Origin: Dechloromonas sp.
GTDB taxonomy: Bacteria; Pseudomonadota; Gammaproteobacteria; Burkholderiales; Rhodocyclaceae
DNA length: 64,000 bases
Direction: 5' to 3'
Assembly: GCA_016790815.1 (NCBI GenBank)
Contig: JAEUOG010000004.1
Location: forward strand, 987-64,986
Shown: positions 31,761 through 40,889 of the stretch, one piece after another
How the letters are laid out: each line of letters begins with the position of its first letter
Position numbering within the stretch: position 1 is the first letter of the stretch
Program-made: the position numbers and the translations under genes
Notes under the pieces: model-generated
What the model was told of the DNA's origin: nothing
The model's input: the letters and a program-made list of their open reading frames with translations, nothing else
Databases searched by the model: none

Positions 31761-31794
31761 TTCGGTTTTGCTCGATTTTTCTGGTTGACCGCAG
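31761..31794 (+). repeat. Dispersed 34-bp motif, strong copy (intergenic rplS/folE2)
   Basis: TTCGGTTT-TGCTCGA-TTTTT-CTG-GTTGAC-CGCAG. Confidence 0.85.
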
Positions 31795-31835
31795 GAGTCA
31801 GTTTTGTGGCTCCCGCGCCGGATTGTCGGCAGTAA

Positions 31836-32654
31836 TTAAGGCTGGCAGTGGGTGCCGGGGTTCTTTTTGTCGTTCTCAATCAGCGCGTAGGCCGAGTGAT
31901 TGTGGATTGACTCAAAATTTTCCGATTCCACGACATAGGCGTCGACGCGGGTTTCTGCATTGAGGCGTGCCGCTACGTCACGAACCATGTCTTCGACGAA
32001 CTTGGGGTTGTCGTAGGCACGTTCGGTGACATATTTCTCATCCGGGCGCTTGAGCAGGCCGTAGAGCTCGCAGGAGGCTTCCTGCTCGACGAGCTGGACG
32101 ATTTCCTCGATCCACACGAATTCGTTGGTACGGGCCGTGACGGTGACGTGCGAGCGTTGGTTGTGGGCACCGTACTCGGAAATTTTCTTGGAGCAGGGGC
32201 ACAGGCTGGTGACCGGAACGACGACTTTGGTCGCGGTGACGATTTCGCCATTGCAGATGTCGCCGATGAAGGTGACGTCATAGTCCATCAAGCTCTGCAC
32301 GCCGGAAATCGGGGCGGTCTTGTTAATGAAGTACGGGAAATTCATCTCGATGTGACCGGTTTCGGCTTCGAGCTTGACGAGCATTTCGCGCAGCATGATC
32401 GGGAAATTCTCGACCGAAATCTCGCGTTCGTGGCTGTTCAGGATCTCCACGAAGCGCGACATGTGCGTGCCCTTGAAGTTGTGTGGCAGGCCAACGTACA
32501 TATTGAACATGGCGATGGTGTGCTGGACGCCGGTCGATTTGTCCTGCACCTTGATCGGGTGGCGGATGGACTTGATGCCGACCTTGTTGATGGCGATATG
32601 GCGCGTGTCGGCCGAGTTCTGGACGTCGGGGATGGGGGTGTTCGGGGTGTTCAT
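31836..32654 (-). CDS. folE2: GTP cyclohydrolase I type 2 (FolE2)
   Basis: [37 protein letters not shown]. Confidence 0.95.
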   Translation of the reverse strand: MNTPNTPIPDVQNSADTRHIAINKVGIKSIRHPIKVQDKSTGVQHTIAMFNMYVGLPHNFKGTHMSRFVEILNSHEREISVENFPIMLREMLVKLEAETGHIEMNFPYFINKTAPISGVQSLMDYDVTFIGDICNGEIVTATKVVVPVTSLCPCSKKISEYGAHNQRSHVTVTARTNEFVWIEEIVQLVEQEASCELYGLLKRPDEKYVTERAYDNPKFVEDMVRDVAARLNAETRVDAYVVESENFESIHNHSAYALIENDKKNPGTHCQP

Positions 32655-32672
32655 GGGCTGTTCTTTAAAGAA

Positions 32673-34529
32673 TTATTGTGGGGTGGTCCTGGCTCGTACT
32701 GCACGTACGATGCCGTCCTTGTCGAGGCCAAGTTCGGCCAGCAATTGTCCTTGTTCACCGTGATCGATGAAGCGGTCGGGCAGGCCGAGGCGAAGCACCG
32801 TCACGCTCAGACCGCGTTCGGCCAGCACGCGCTCGATTTCCGAGCCGGCGCCGCCGATCACTGCGTTTTCTTCGACGCTGACGAGCAGCGAATGGTTCCC
32901 GGCCAGTTCGACAATCAGCTCGATATCAAGCGGTTTGACGAAGCGCATGTTGGCGACGGTGGCGTCTAGTTCATCGCCGGCAGCCAATGCAGCCGGCACC
33001 AGGCTGCCGAAGGCGAGCAGTGCAATATCCTTGCCCTGGCGGCGGATTTCGCCCTTACCGACGGGCAGGGTGTCGAGATTTTCGGCCGGAAGCTTGCCGG
33101 TGCCGCCGCCGCGGGGATAGCGCACCATGCTCGGGCAATCCAGCGCGTAGGCGGTGGACAGCATCTGGCGGCATTCGGCCTCGTCGGCCGGGGCCATGAC
33201 GACCATGTTCGGGATGCAGGTGACGAAGGACAGGTCGAAGGTGCCGTGGTGCGTCGGGCCGTCGGCACCGACCAGGCCACCACGGTCAACGGCGAAAACG
33301 ACCGGTAAATTCTGCAGCGCGACGTCGTGCACGAGCTGGTCGTAGCCGCGTTGCAGGAAGGTCGAGTAGATGGCGACGACCGGCTTGAGGCCCTCGCAGG
33401 CGAGGCCGGCGGCGAAGGTGACTGCGTGCTGTTCGGCGATGCCGACATCGAAATAACGGTCGGCATGTTCGGCCGAGAAACGCACCATGCCCGAGCCTTC
33501 ACGCATGGCCGGAGTGACGGCGACGAGGCGCGAATCCGCCTTGGCCATGTCGCACAGCCAGTCGCCGAAAACCTGGGTGTAGGTCAGTTTGGCCGGCCCC
33601 TTGGCGGACTGGATGCCATCGCAGGCGGCGAATTTACCGACGCCGTGGTAGAGGATCGGGTCGTTCTCGGCCAGCTTGTAGCCCTGGCCCTTCTTGGTGA
33701 TGACGTGCAGGAACTTCGGGCCCTTGAGTTTCTTGAGGTTTTCCAGCGTCGGGATCAGGGCGTCGAGGTCGTGGCCGTCGATCGGGCCGTAGTAATGGAA
33801 GCCGAATTCCTCGAACAGCGTGCCCGGGGCGATCATGCCCTTGACGTGCTCTTCGGCGCGGCGCGCCAGTTCGAGCAGCGGCGGCGCGAAGCCGAGCATG
33901 TGGCGGCCGGCCTCGCGGGCGACGTTGTAGGTCTTGCTGGAAGTCAGGCGGGTCAGGATGTTGTTCAGCGCGCCGACCGGCGGCGAAATCGACATCTCGT
34001 TGTCGTTGAGGATGACCAGCATGTCGGCATCGGCGACGCCGGCATTGTTCAGCGCCTCGAAGGCCATGCCGGCTGACATCGCGCCGTCGCCGATAATGGC
34101 GATTGACTTGCGGTCCTCGCCCTTGTGTTTGGCGGCCAGTGCCATGCCCAGCGCCGCCGAAATCGAGGTCGACGAATGGCCGACGCCGAAGGTGTCGTAG
34201 GGGCTTTCGCAGCGTTTCGGAAAGCCGGAGACGCCGCCGTGCATGCGCAGGCCGCTCATGCCTTCGCGGCGGCCGGTGAGCACCTTGTGGGCGTAGCACT
34301 GGTGGCCGACGTCCCAGACCAGCCGGTCGTCCGGCGTCTTGAAGACGGCGTGCAGGGCGATGGTCAGCTCGACGGTGCCGAGGTTGGACGACAGATGGCC
34401 GCCGGTTTTCGAGACGGAGTCGATGAGGAAGGCGCGCAGTTCGGTCGCCAGTTGCGGCAACTGCTTGCGGTCCAGTCGGCGCAGATCGGCCGGGCTGTTG
34501 ATGTTTTCGAGCAGGCGGTAGGCGGTCAT
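32673..34529 (-). CDS. dxs: 1-deoxy-D-xylulose-5-phosphate synthase
   Basis: [36 protein letters not shown]. Confidence 0.98.
   Translation of the reverse strand: MTAYRLLENINSPADLRRLDRKQLPQLATELRAFLIDSVSKTGGHLSSNLGTVELTIALHAVFKTPDDRLVWDVGHQCYAHKVLTGRREGMSGLRMHGGVSGFPKRCESPYDTFGVGHSSTSISAALGMALAAKHKGEDRKSIAIIGDGAMSAGMAFEALNNAGVADADMLVILNDNEMSISPPVGALNNILTRLTSSKTYNVAREAGRHMLGFAPPLLELARRAEEHVKGMIAPGTLFEEFGFHYYGPIDGHDLDALIPTLENLKKLKGPKFLHVITKKGQGYKLAENDPILYHGVGKFAACDGIQSAKGPAKLTYTQVFGDWLCDMAKADSRLVAVTPAMREGSGMVRFSAEHADRYFDVGIAEQHAVTFAAGLACEGLKPVVAIYSTFLQRGYDQLVHDVALQNLPVVFAVDRGGLVGADGPTHHGTFDLSFVTCIPNMVVMAPADEAECRQMLSTAYALDCPSMVRYPRGGGTGKLPAENLDTLPVGKGEIRRQGKDIALLAFGSLVPAALAAGDELDATVANMRFVKPLDIELIVELAGNHSLLVSVEENAVIGGAGSEIERVLAERGLSVTVLRLGLPDRFIDHGEQGQLLAELGLDKDGIVRAVRARTTPQ
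33280..33313 (-). repeat. Dispersed motif copy inside dxs
   Basis: Reverse complement AGAATTTA-CCGGTCG-TTTTC-GCC-GTTGAC-CGTGG. Confidence 0.65.
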
Positions 34530-35422
34530 CAGAATTGCCGGTGGCAGATGAAATCGGCCAACTGGGTCAGGCGCGTGGCCCGTTCGCCGAAAATGGAGAG
34601 GGCGTCGAGGGCGTCGGTACGCAGTTCGTCGGCGTAGGCGCGGGCGGCTTCGAGGCCGAGCAGGCTGACGTAGGTCGGTTTGTCGGCCGCTTCGTCTTTG
34701 CCGGCCGTCTTGCCCAGCGTGGCGGTACTCGCCGTGCAGTCGAGGATGTCGTCGACGACCTGGAAGAGCAGGCCAGCGCGTTTGGCGAAGCGGTCGAGGT
34801 TGCTGCGCTCATCGGCCGACAGCGGCTGGCCGGCCAGGGCGCCGAGCAGCACGGCTGCGCGGATCAGCGCGCCGGTCTTGAGCGCGTGCATCAGTTCGAG
34901 TTCAGGCTGGTTGAGCGGCTTGCCGACCGAGGCGAGGTCGATGGCCTGGCCACCGGCCATGCCGCGCGAACCGCTGGCGTGGGCGAGCAGGGCAATCATT
35001 TCGAGTTGCTGTTTCGGTTCGCCGATAGGCTGGCTGGCGAGCAGCTCGAAGGCCAGCGTCTGCAGGCTGTCGCCAACGAGCAGCGCGGTTGGTTCGTCGA
35101 ACTCGACGTGGCAGGTCGGCCGGCCGCGGCGCAGAACGTCGTCGTCCATGCACGGCAGATCGTCGTGGACCAGCGAGTAGGCGTGGATCATTTCGACGGC
35201 GCTGGCGACGATGTCCAGCTTGTCCGGCGCGGCGCCAGTCAACTGGCCGGCGGCGTGGGCGAGCAGCGGACGGACGCGCTTCCCGCCACCGAGCGTAGCG
35301 TAGCGCATGGCATCGTGCAGGCGCGCCGGGATGCCGTCGCTAGCGGGCAGGAAGCGGGCGAGGGCGGATTCGGCGCGGTCCTGCGTGACGGCCATCCATT
35401 CGGCGAACGGGGTGGCGCTCAC
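34529..35422 (-). CDS. ispA: Farnesyl diphosphate synthase
   Basis: [25 protein letters not shown]. Confidence 0.96.
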   Translation of the reverse strand: MSATPFAEWMAVTQDRAESALARFLPASDGIPARLHDAMRYATLGGGKRVRPLLAHAAGQLTGAAPDKLDIVASAVEMIHAYSLVHDDLPCMDDDVLRRGRPTCHVEFDEPTALLVGDSLQTLAFELLASQPIGEPKQQLEMIALLAHASGSRGMAGGQAIDLASVGKPLNQPELELMHALKTGALIRAAVLLGALAGQPLSADERSNLDRFAKRAGLLFQVVDDILDCTASTATLGKTAGKDEAADKPTYVSLLGLEAARAYADELRTDALDALSIFGERATRLTQLADFICHRQF

Positions 35423-35658
35423 TGAGCCTCCAGTGTGCTTCGGTCGACGTCCTTGAACTGGCCGTTTTCGAGGATCCGAATCTGTTCTTCGGCGTTGGCG
35501 AGCTGGCCCTGGCAGTGCTTCATCAGTTCCATGCCGCGCTTGTAGGCGGCGATGGAGGCTTCAAGTTCGAGTTTGCCGCCTTCCATGCTGGAGACGATGT
35601 TTTCAAGCTCGGCGAGAGCCGTCTCGAATTTCATGTCGGCGATGGGCTTTGTGGCCAT
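35419..35658 (-). CDS. xseB: Exonuclease VII small subunit
   Basis: FETALAELENIV..ME.G.L.LE; xseB-ispA-dxs order. Confidence 0.95.
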   Translation of the reverse strand: MATKPIADMKFETALAELENIVSSMEGGKLELEASIAAYKRGMELMKHCQGQLANAEEQIRILENGQFKDVDRSTLEAQ

Positions 35659-35764
35659 GTTTGAGGCGATCAAGGAAACACGCGAAAATACTCCATCAAG
35701 GGGCGCTTGGTCAAATATCGGGGTAAAATATCCACCCCTTTTTAACCCCCGCTGAAGGCTTGGC

Positions 35765-36898
35765 ATGACCGACATGGCGACTCTGTCCCGGTTGGCCCCC
35801 GCAGTTTCCCAACTGCCGGTGGACTGGTATTTCGACGAGAAGATTTTTGAGCTGGAGAAAAAGCTGATCTTCGATGCCGGGTCGGGCTACGTTGGTCACC
35901 AGCTCATGGTGCCGAATGCTGGGGATTATCGTTCGCTGGAGTGGAAGGATCACGGCCAGATTCTGCTCAACGGCGGCGATGTGGGGCCGAATGCCGGCAA
36001 CTGGCAGATGTCGAACGTTTGCCGCCATCGTCAGGCGATCATGTTGCAGGGGTCGGGCACCTTGAACGGGCCGATTGTCTGCCCGATTCACCGCTGGACG
36101 TACAACCAAGGCGGGGAACTGATCGGCGCGCCGCATTTTCCGCAGAATCCCTGTCTGAACCTGAATAAGGCCAAGTTGGAAAGCTGGAACGGCCTGCTTT
36201 TCAAGGGACCGCGTTCGGCCAATGCCGACCTGGCCGGCATGAAGGTCGCGCCGGAACTCGATTTCACCGGTTATAAACTCGACCACGTCGAGATGCACGA
36301 GTGCAATTACAACTGGAAGACCTTCATCGAGGTCTATCTCGAGGATTACCACGTTGCGCCTTATCACCCCGGTTTGGGCAATTTCGTCACCTGCGACGAC
36401 CTGACCTGGCAGTTCGGCGACTGGTATTCGGTGCAGCGCGTTGGTGTTACCTCGCTGCAGAAATCTGGCTCCAAGGCCTATGAGCGCTGGCAGAAGGCTG
36501 TTCTCGACATTTATGGCGCTGAAGGCAAAACGCCCGAGCATGGCGCCATCTGGCTGACCTACTTCCCGAACATCATGGTCGAGTGGTATCCGCACGTGCT
36601 GGTCGTATCGACGCTGATTCCGCAGGGTGTAAACAAGACGCTCAATGTCGTCGAGTTTTACTATCCGGAGGATATCGTCGATTTCGAGCGTGATTTCATC
36701 GAAGCCGAACGCGCCGCCTACATGGAAACGGCGATCGAGGACGACGATATCGGCGAGCGCATGGACCGTGGCCGCTACGCGCTGATGAAGGAAGGGCGCA
36801 ACGAGGTCGGGCCGTATCAAAGCCCGATGGAAGACGGCATGCAGCACTTCCACGAGTTCTATCGGCGGATCATGCAGTCCGCCATCGAGACGCGCTGA
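35765..36898 (+). CDS. Rieske oxygenase alpha subunit; probable putrescine 2-hydroxylase
   Basis: CRH..CPIH Rieske motif, EDYHV..YH iron motif; divergent from xseB. Function inferred from recalled betaproteobacterial homologues. Confidence 0.75.
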   Translation: MTDMATLSRLAPAVSQLPVDWYFDEKIFELEKKLIFDAGSGYVGHQLMVPNAGDYRSLEWKDHGQILLNGGDVGPNAGNWQMSNVCRHRQAIMLQGSGTLNGPIVCPIHRWTYNQGGELIGAPHFPQNPCLNLNKAKLESWNGLLFKGPRSANADLAGMKVAPELDFTGYKLDHVEMHECNYNWKTFIEVYLEDYHVAPYHPGLGNFVTCDDLTWQFGDWYSVQRVGVTSLQKSGSKAYERWQKAVLDIYGAEGKTPEHGAIWLTYFPNIMVEWYPHVLVVSTLIPQGVNKTLNVVEFYYPEDIVDFERDFIEAERAAYMETAIEDDDIGERMDRGRYALMKEGRNEVGPYQSPMEDGMQHFHEFYRRIMQSAIETR

Positions 36899-36902
36899 GC
36901 AT

Positions 36903-36936
36903 TTCAATTTCGGGCTATTTTTGCGGTTGACCGTGG
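36903..36936 (+). repeat. Dispersed 34-bp motif, strong copy (after the Rieske gene)
   Basis: TTCAATTT-CGGGCTA-TTTTT-GCG-GTTGAC-CGTGG. Confidence 0.85.
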
Positions 36937-36951
36937 AAGGCTCGTTTTCAG

Positions 36952-36987
36952 GGCGGCGGGGTAAAATCCGCCGCCTTTGTCATTTTT
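36952..36987 (+). terminator. Hairpin after the Rieske gene
   Basis: GGCGGCGG-8nt-CCGCCGCC followed by TTTGTCATTTTT. Confidence 0.5.
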
Positions 36988-37003
36988 CGAGCCCTACCGC
37001 CTG

Positions 37004-37855
37004 ATGCAATCCCTGTGGATGATCGCCGCCAGTTTTCTCTTCGCCTGCATGGGCGTCTGCGTCAAGTTTGCCGCGCAGAGCCATTCGGCCGTGGAGATCA
37101 CCTTTTACCGCAGCTTCATCTCGCTGATCCTGATGTTCGGGCTGGTTCGCCTTAACAGCGTATCGCTGGCGACGGTCCATTGGCGCTGGCAGATTACGCG
37201 CGGCACGGTTGGCTTCATTGCGCTGTTTTCGTATTTTTACGCCATCACGCTGCTGCCGCTGGCCACTGCCGTGACGCTCAATTACACCTCAGCCATCTTC
37301 TTGGCCCTCTACCTCGGTTTCGCCGGCATGCAGCTGCGTAAGGGCATTATGGGCGCCCTTGTTCTCGGCCTCGTCGGTGTCGTGCTGCTGCTCAAGCCGA
37401 CCATGAACGCCGATCAGCTGGTCGGCGGTCTGATCGGTCTCGGTTCAGGCATCATGGCCGGCATGGCCTATTTCAGCGTGCGCGAACTCGGCGCGCGCGG
37501 CGAGCCGGAAATGCGCACCGTATTCTATTTCTCGCTGGTCTCGTCGGTCGGCGCCGGTGCCTGGCTGCTGTTCAGCGACATTCATGCGGTCGACCTGAAA
37601 AGTGGCCTGCTTCTGCTCGGCGTCGCCTGCTTCGCCACGGTTGCCCAGCTGGCCATGACCCGCGCCTACACGCGCGGCAAAACGCTGATGTCCGCGGCGC
37701 TGGCCTACAGCACGGTGATCTTTTCCAGCCTGTTCGGCATGGCCTTCTGGGGCGAGGTGCTTGATGCTTCGGCGTGGGCAGCGATTGGCCTGATTATCCT
37801 GTCAGGCATCGCAGCCACGCACTTTTCCCGCGCCAGCCCGGTGGAACAGGATTAA
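37004..37855 (+). CDS. DMT/EamA family transporter
   Basis: About 10 TM helices in two EamA repeats, QLAMTRAY. Confidence 0.88.
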   Translation: MQSLWMIAASFLFACMGVCVKFAAQSHSAVEITFYRSFISLILMFGLVRLNSVSLATVHWRWQITRGTVGFIALFSYFYAITLLPLATAVTLNYTSAIFLALYLGFAGMQLRKGIMGALVLGLVGVVLLLKPTMNADQLVGGLIGLGSGIMAGMAYFSVRELGARGEPEMRTVFYFSLVSSVGAGAWLLFSDIHAVDLKSGLLLLGVACFATVAQLAMTRAYTRGKTLMSAALAYSTVIFSSLFGMAFWGEVLDASAWAAIGLIILSGIAATHFSRASPVEQD

Positions 37856-37891
37856 ACTTTCTCCAGACAAAACCAACAACGGAGCAAAACC

Positions 37892-38233
37892 ATGATCGTC
37901 ATCGACCACCAACCGAGCCGTGTCAACGTGGCTGTGTTCGGCGAATTCACTTTGGCCGATTACAAGGAGTTTGAGGAAGTCGTCAATTTCAAGGTCAAGT
38001 TTGAGGGGCCGGTCGATCTTTGCTTCGATCTGAGCCAGATGGCCGGCCTGACGCTCGATGTGGCCTGGGAGGAGGTCAAGTTCTCGCGGGCGCATGCCAA
38101 CGACTTCAAGCGCGTCGCCGTCGTTACCGACAGCCAGTGGGTTACGTGGAGTGCCTGGATCTCGCAGACCTTCGTCAATGCCGACGTCGAAGTTTTCGAC
38201 AATGTCGACGAAGCCAAGGCCTGGCTGGGCTGA
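37892..38233 (+). CDS. SpoIIAA-like (STAS/SEC14) protein
   Basis: F.RVAVV.D..W, F....EAKAWL; GGAG RBS. Confidence 0.8.
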   Translation: MIVIDHQPSRVNVAVFGEFTLADYKEFEEVVNFKVKFEGPVDLCFDLSQMAGLTLDVAWEEVKFSRAHANDFKRVAVVTDSQWVTWSAWISQTFVNADVEVFDNVDEAKAWLG

Positions 38234-38239
38234 TCGGGC

Positions 38240-39079
38240 ATGAGCTTCACGACGCTGGTTGATGTCGCGACGCTGCAGGCGCATCTCGACGACCCTGACT
38301 GGCTGGTCGTTGACGTTCGCCACCAGTTGGCCGATACCGGCTATGGCGAGCGTGTCTATGCGGCGAGCCATATTCCCGGCGCCGTCTTCCTGCACTGCGA
38401 CCGCGACCTGTCCGGGCCGATGACCGGCTGCAATGGCCGCCATCCCTTGCCTGACGTCACCGCGCTGGCAGAAAAACTTGGCGCCATCGGAATTGGCGCA
38501 ACGACACAGGTCGTTGTTTATGACGACGCGCAGGGCATGATCGCGGGGCGTCTTTGGTGGCTCTTGCGCTGGCTCGGCCATAACCGCGTGGCCTTGCTCG
38601 ACGGCGGGCTGCAGGCCTGGCAGGCGGCCGGCGGGGCAATGACTGACATCCTGCCCACGCCGTTGCCGCGGGTGTTCGTTCCGCTCAAGCAAGATCAGCT
38701 GGTTGAAGCAGACTACGTCATGGCGTGCATCGACACGCCGCACTTGCATCTGATTGACGCACGCGGCCCTGACCGCTTCCGTGGCGAAAACGAAACCATC
38801 GACCCGGTCGGCGGCCACATCCCCGGCGCGGTCAATCGCTTTTTCAAGGACAACCTGTTGCCCGACGGTCGCTTCAAACCGGCGGCCGAACTGCGCGCCG
38901 AATGGCTGGCCATCCTGGCCGGGTCGCCGCCCGATCTGGTTGTGCACCAGTGCGGCTCAGGCGTTTCCGCCTGCCTCAACGTGCTCGCCATGGAAATCGC
39001 CGGCCTCCCCGGTTCACGTCTTTATGCCGGCTCGTGGAGCGAGTGGTGTGCTGATCCGGGGCGCCCGGTGGCGCGCTGA
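38240..39079 (+). CDS. Two-domain rhodanese / SseA-like sulfurtransferase
   Basis: HIPGA x2, GRHPLP, CGSGVSA, YAGSWSEW. Confidence 0.92.
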   Translation: MSFTTLVDVATLQAHLDDPDWLVVDVRHQLADTGYGERVYAASHIPGAVFLHCDRDLSGPMTGCNGRHPLPDVTALAEKLGAIGIGATTQVVVYDDAQGMIAGRLWWLLRWLGHNRVALLDGGLQAWQAAGGAMTDILPTPLPRVFVPLKQDQLVEADYVMACIDTPHLHLIDARGPDRFRGENETIDPVGGHIPGAVNRFFKDNLLPDGRFKPAAELRAEWLAILAGSPPDLVVHQCGSGVSACLNVLAMEIAGLPGSRLYAGSWSEWCADPGRPVAR

Positions 39080-39094
39080 TCGGGCGATCTCGAC

Positions 39095-39310
39095 ATGGAA
39101 AGTCCGAAAGCCGGCATCGCCCTGCTGGTGCTGGTCGCCATCACCACGGCGTCCGGTGCATTGCTCGGCTGGACCATGCGGCCGCAGGCAGTTTCTGTCG
39201 TCGTGCTGCAGCCCACCAGGGAAATACCTGTCGCCGCTGCGGGTACCCCTGGCGAAACTCGGGTGCCAGCTGAAACAGTCGTCGAAAAGCAGCCTTCAAC
39301 CAGCCAGTAG
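39095..39310 (+). CDS. Small hypothetical membrane-anchored protein
   Basis: 71 aa, N-terminal TM; fills the gap between the rhodanese gene and queG. Confidence 0.55.
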   Translation: MESPKAGIALLVLVAITTASGALLGWTMRPQAVSVVVLQPTREIPVAAAGTPGETRVPAETVVEKQPSTSQ

Positions 39311-39332
39311 GCTACCGAATTCGAGCCTTGGG

Positions 39333-40379
39333 CTAGGATTCCAGGCGGGCCAGCGCCCATGCCACATGCTCGCGCACCAGTGCGGACGGGTGATCCAGCT
39401 TCATTTTCAGCGTATTTTTCCCGTCGACCGTGGAAGGCCCGTTACCCAGTGCTACGGCAATATTCCGTAGCCATCGTTCATGCCCGATGCGCCGGATCGG
39501 GTTGCCGGCGAGTCGTTGGTCAAACTCTCTTTCTGTCCAGGCAAAGAGCTCGATCAGCGTCGCTGTATCCAGCCCGTGGCGCGGCGAAAATTCGGGGTCG
39601 CCGATCTGCGCGAAGCGGTTCCATGGGCAACACAACTGGCAGTCGTCGCAACCGTAAATCCGGTTGCCGATCAGCGGGCGGAATTCCTCGGGAATCGGGC
39701 CGGCCAGTTCGATGGTCAAGTAGGAAATGCAGCGCCGGGCATCGACTTTGTAGGGGGCGACAATGGCGCCGGTTGGGCAGGCCTCAAGGCAGGCGGTGCA
39801 GGTGCCGCAGTGCTCCTCGATGGGTTCGTCGGGCGGCAACGGCAGGTCGGTGTAGATGTCGCCGATAAAGCGCCAGGAACCTTCTTTGGAAAGCAGCAGC
39901 GTATGCTTGCCACGCCAGCCGAGGCCAGCCTGACGGGCGAATTCGACCTCCATGACCGGTGCAGAATCGGAAAAAACCCGGTAGCCAAACGGGCCGGTGA
40001 ATTCGCTTATGGCGTCAGCCAGTTTTTGCAGTCGGGTACGGATCAGCTTGTGGTAGTCGCGCCCTTGGGCGTAGCGTGAAATCGCCGCTTGCTCGGGCTG
40101 TTCGGCTGTTCTGGTGTGCGGCAGGTAGTCGATCGCAACGCTGATGACGGTGATCGTTCCCGGATGCAGTTGCTGCGGGTCGGCACGCAATTCGGCGTGA
40201 CGGGCCATATAATCCATCTCGCCGTGGCAGCCCGCCGCCAGCCATTCCCGCATTTTTTCAACAGCGGGGCCGGGTTCGGCGCGCGCCACACCTACGGCAG
40301 CAAAGCCGAGTTTCTTGCCAGCCTCGCGGATTTTTTCCTTGAGCGCCGCGTAATCCACCGTGGAGTCCTGATCGTGCAT
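39333..40379 (-). CDS. queG: Epoxyqueuosine reductase
   Basis: GRDYH, DSAPVME, CGTCTACLEACPTGA, CISYLTIE, GCDDCQLCCPWN. Confidence 0.96.
   Translation of the reverse strand: MHDQDSTVDYAALKEKIREAGKKLGFAAVGVARAEPGPAVEKMREWLAAGCHGEMDYMARHAELRADPQQLHPGTITVISVAIDYLPHTRTAEQPEQAAISRYAQGRDYHKLIRTRLQKLADAISEFTGPFGYRVFSDSAPVMEVEFARQAGLGWRGKHTLLLSKEGSWRFIGDIYTDLPLPPDEPIEEHCGTCTACLEACPTGAIVAPYKVDARRCISYLTIELAGPIPEEFRPLIGNRIYGCDDCQLCCPWNRFAQIGDPEFSPRHGLDTATLIELFAWTEREFDQRLAGNPIRRIGHERWLRNIAVALGNGPSTVDGKNTLKMKLDHPSALVREHVAWALARLES
39400..39433 (+). repeat. Dispersed 34-bp motif, strong copy inside the queG 3' end
   Basis: TTCATTTT-CAGCGTA-TTTTT-CCC-GTCGAC-CGTGG. Confidence 0.85.
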
Positions 40380-40889
40380 AGCCCCGATGTTACCGCCGTT
40401 TTCGAATTGCCCGATGAGGCGGCGACTCAGCACTTTGGCGAAATGCTGGCGCCGCTGCTGCAGCCGGGGCTGGTCATTTTCCTCGAAGGCGACCTCGGGG
40501 CGGGCAAAACCACACTTTCCCGAGCCATGATTCGCGCCCTTGGCCACACCGGCCCGGTCAAGAGTCCGACCTATTCACTGGTTGAAGTTTACGTAATTTC
40601 GAGCTTATACTTATATCACTTTGATTTTTATCGTTTCGAGTACCCTGAGGAGTTTCTCGATGCGGGCTTTGATGAATACTTTAATGACACTGCGATCTGT
40701 CTGGTCGAATGGCCGGAAAGGGCTGCTGGCTGCGTTCCGGCGCCAGACCTGCGGTTGCGTATTCATCATGCAGGTGTCGGGCGTGTCCTCGAAGCCGTGG
40801 CAGATTCACCGAAAGGGCAGGCATGTCTAAACACGCTCATCCCAGCCATGGCCGCCGCCAACTCCTCCGCTACGCCGGCGCCTCGCTGA
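40374..40889 (+). CDS. tsaE: tRNA t6A biosynthesis ATPase TsaE
   Basis: LEGDLGAGKTT, VKSPTYSLVE, HFDFYR, VEWPE; GTG start inferred. Confidence 0.95.
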   Translation: MHSPDVTAVFELPDEAATQHFGEMLAPLLQPGLVIFLEGDLGAGKTTLSRAMIRALGHTGPVKSPTYSLVEVYVISSLYLYHFDFYRFEYPEEFLDAGFDEYFNDTAICLVEWPERAAGCVPAPDLRLRIHHAGVGRVLEAVADSPKGQACLNTLIPAMAAANSSATPAPR

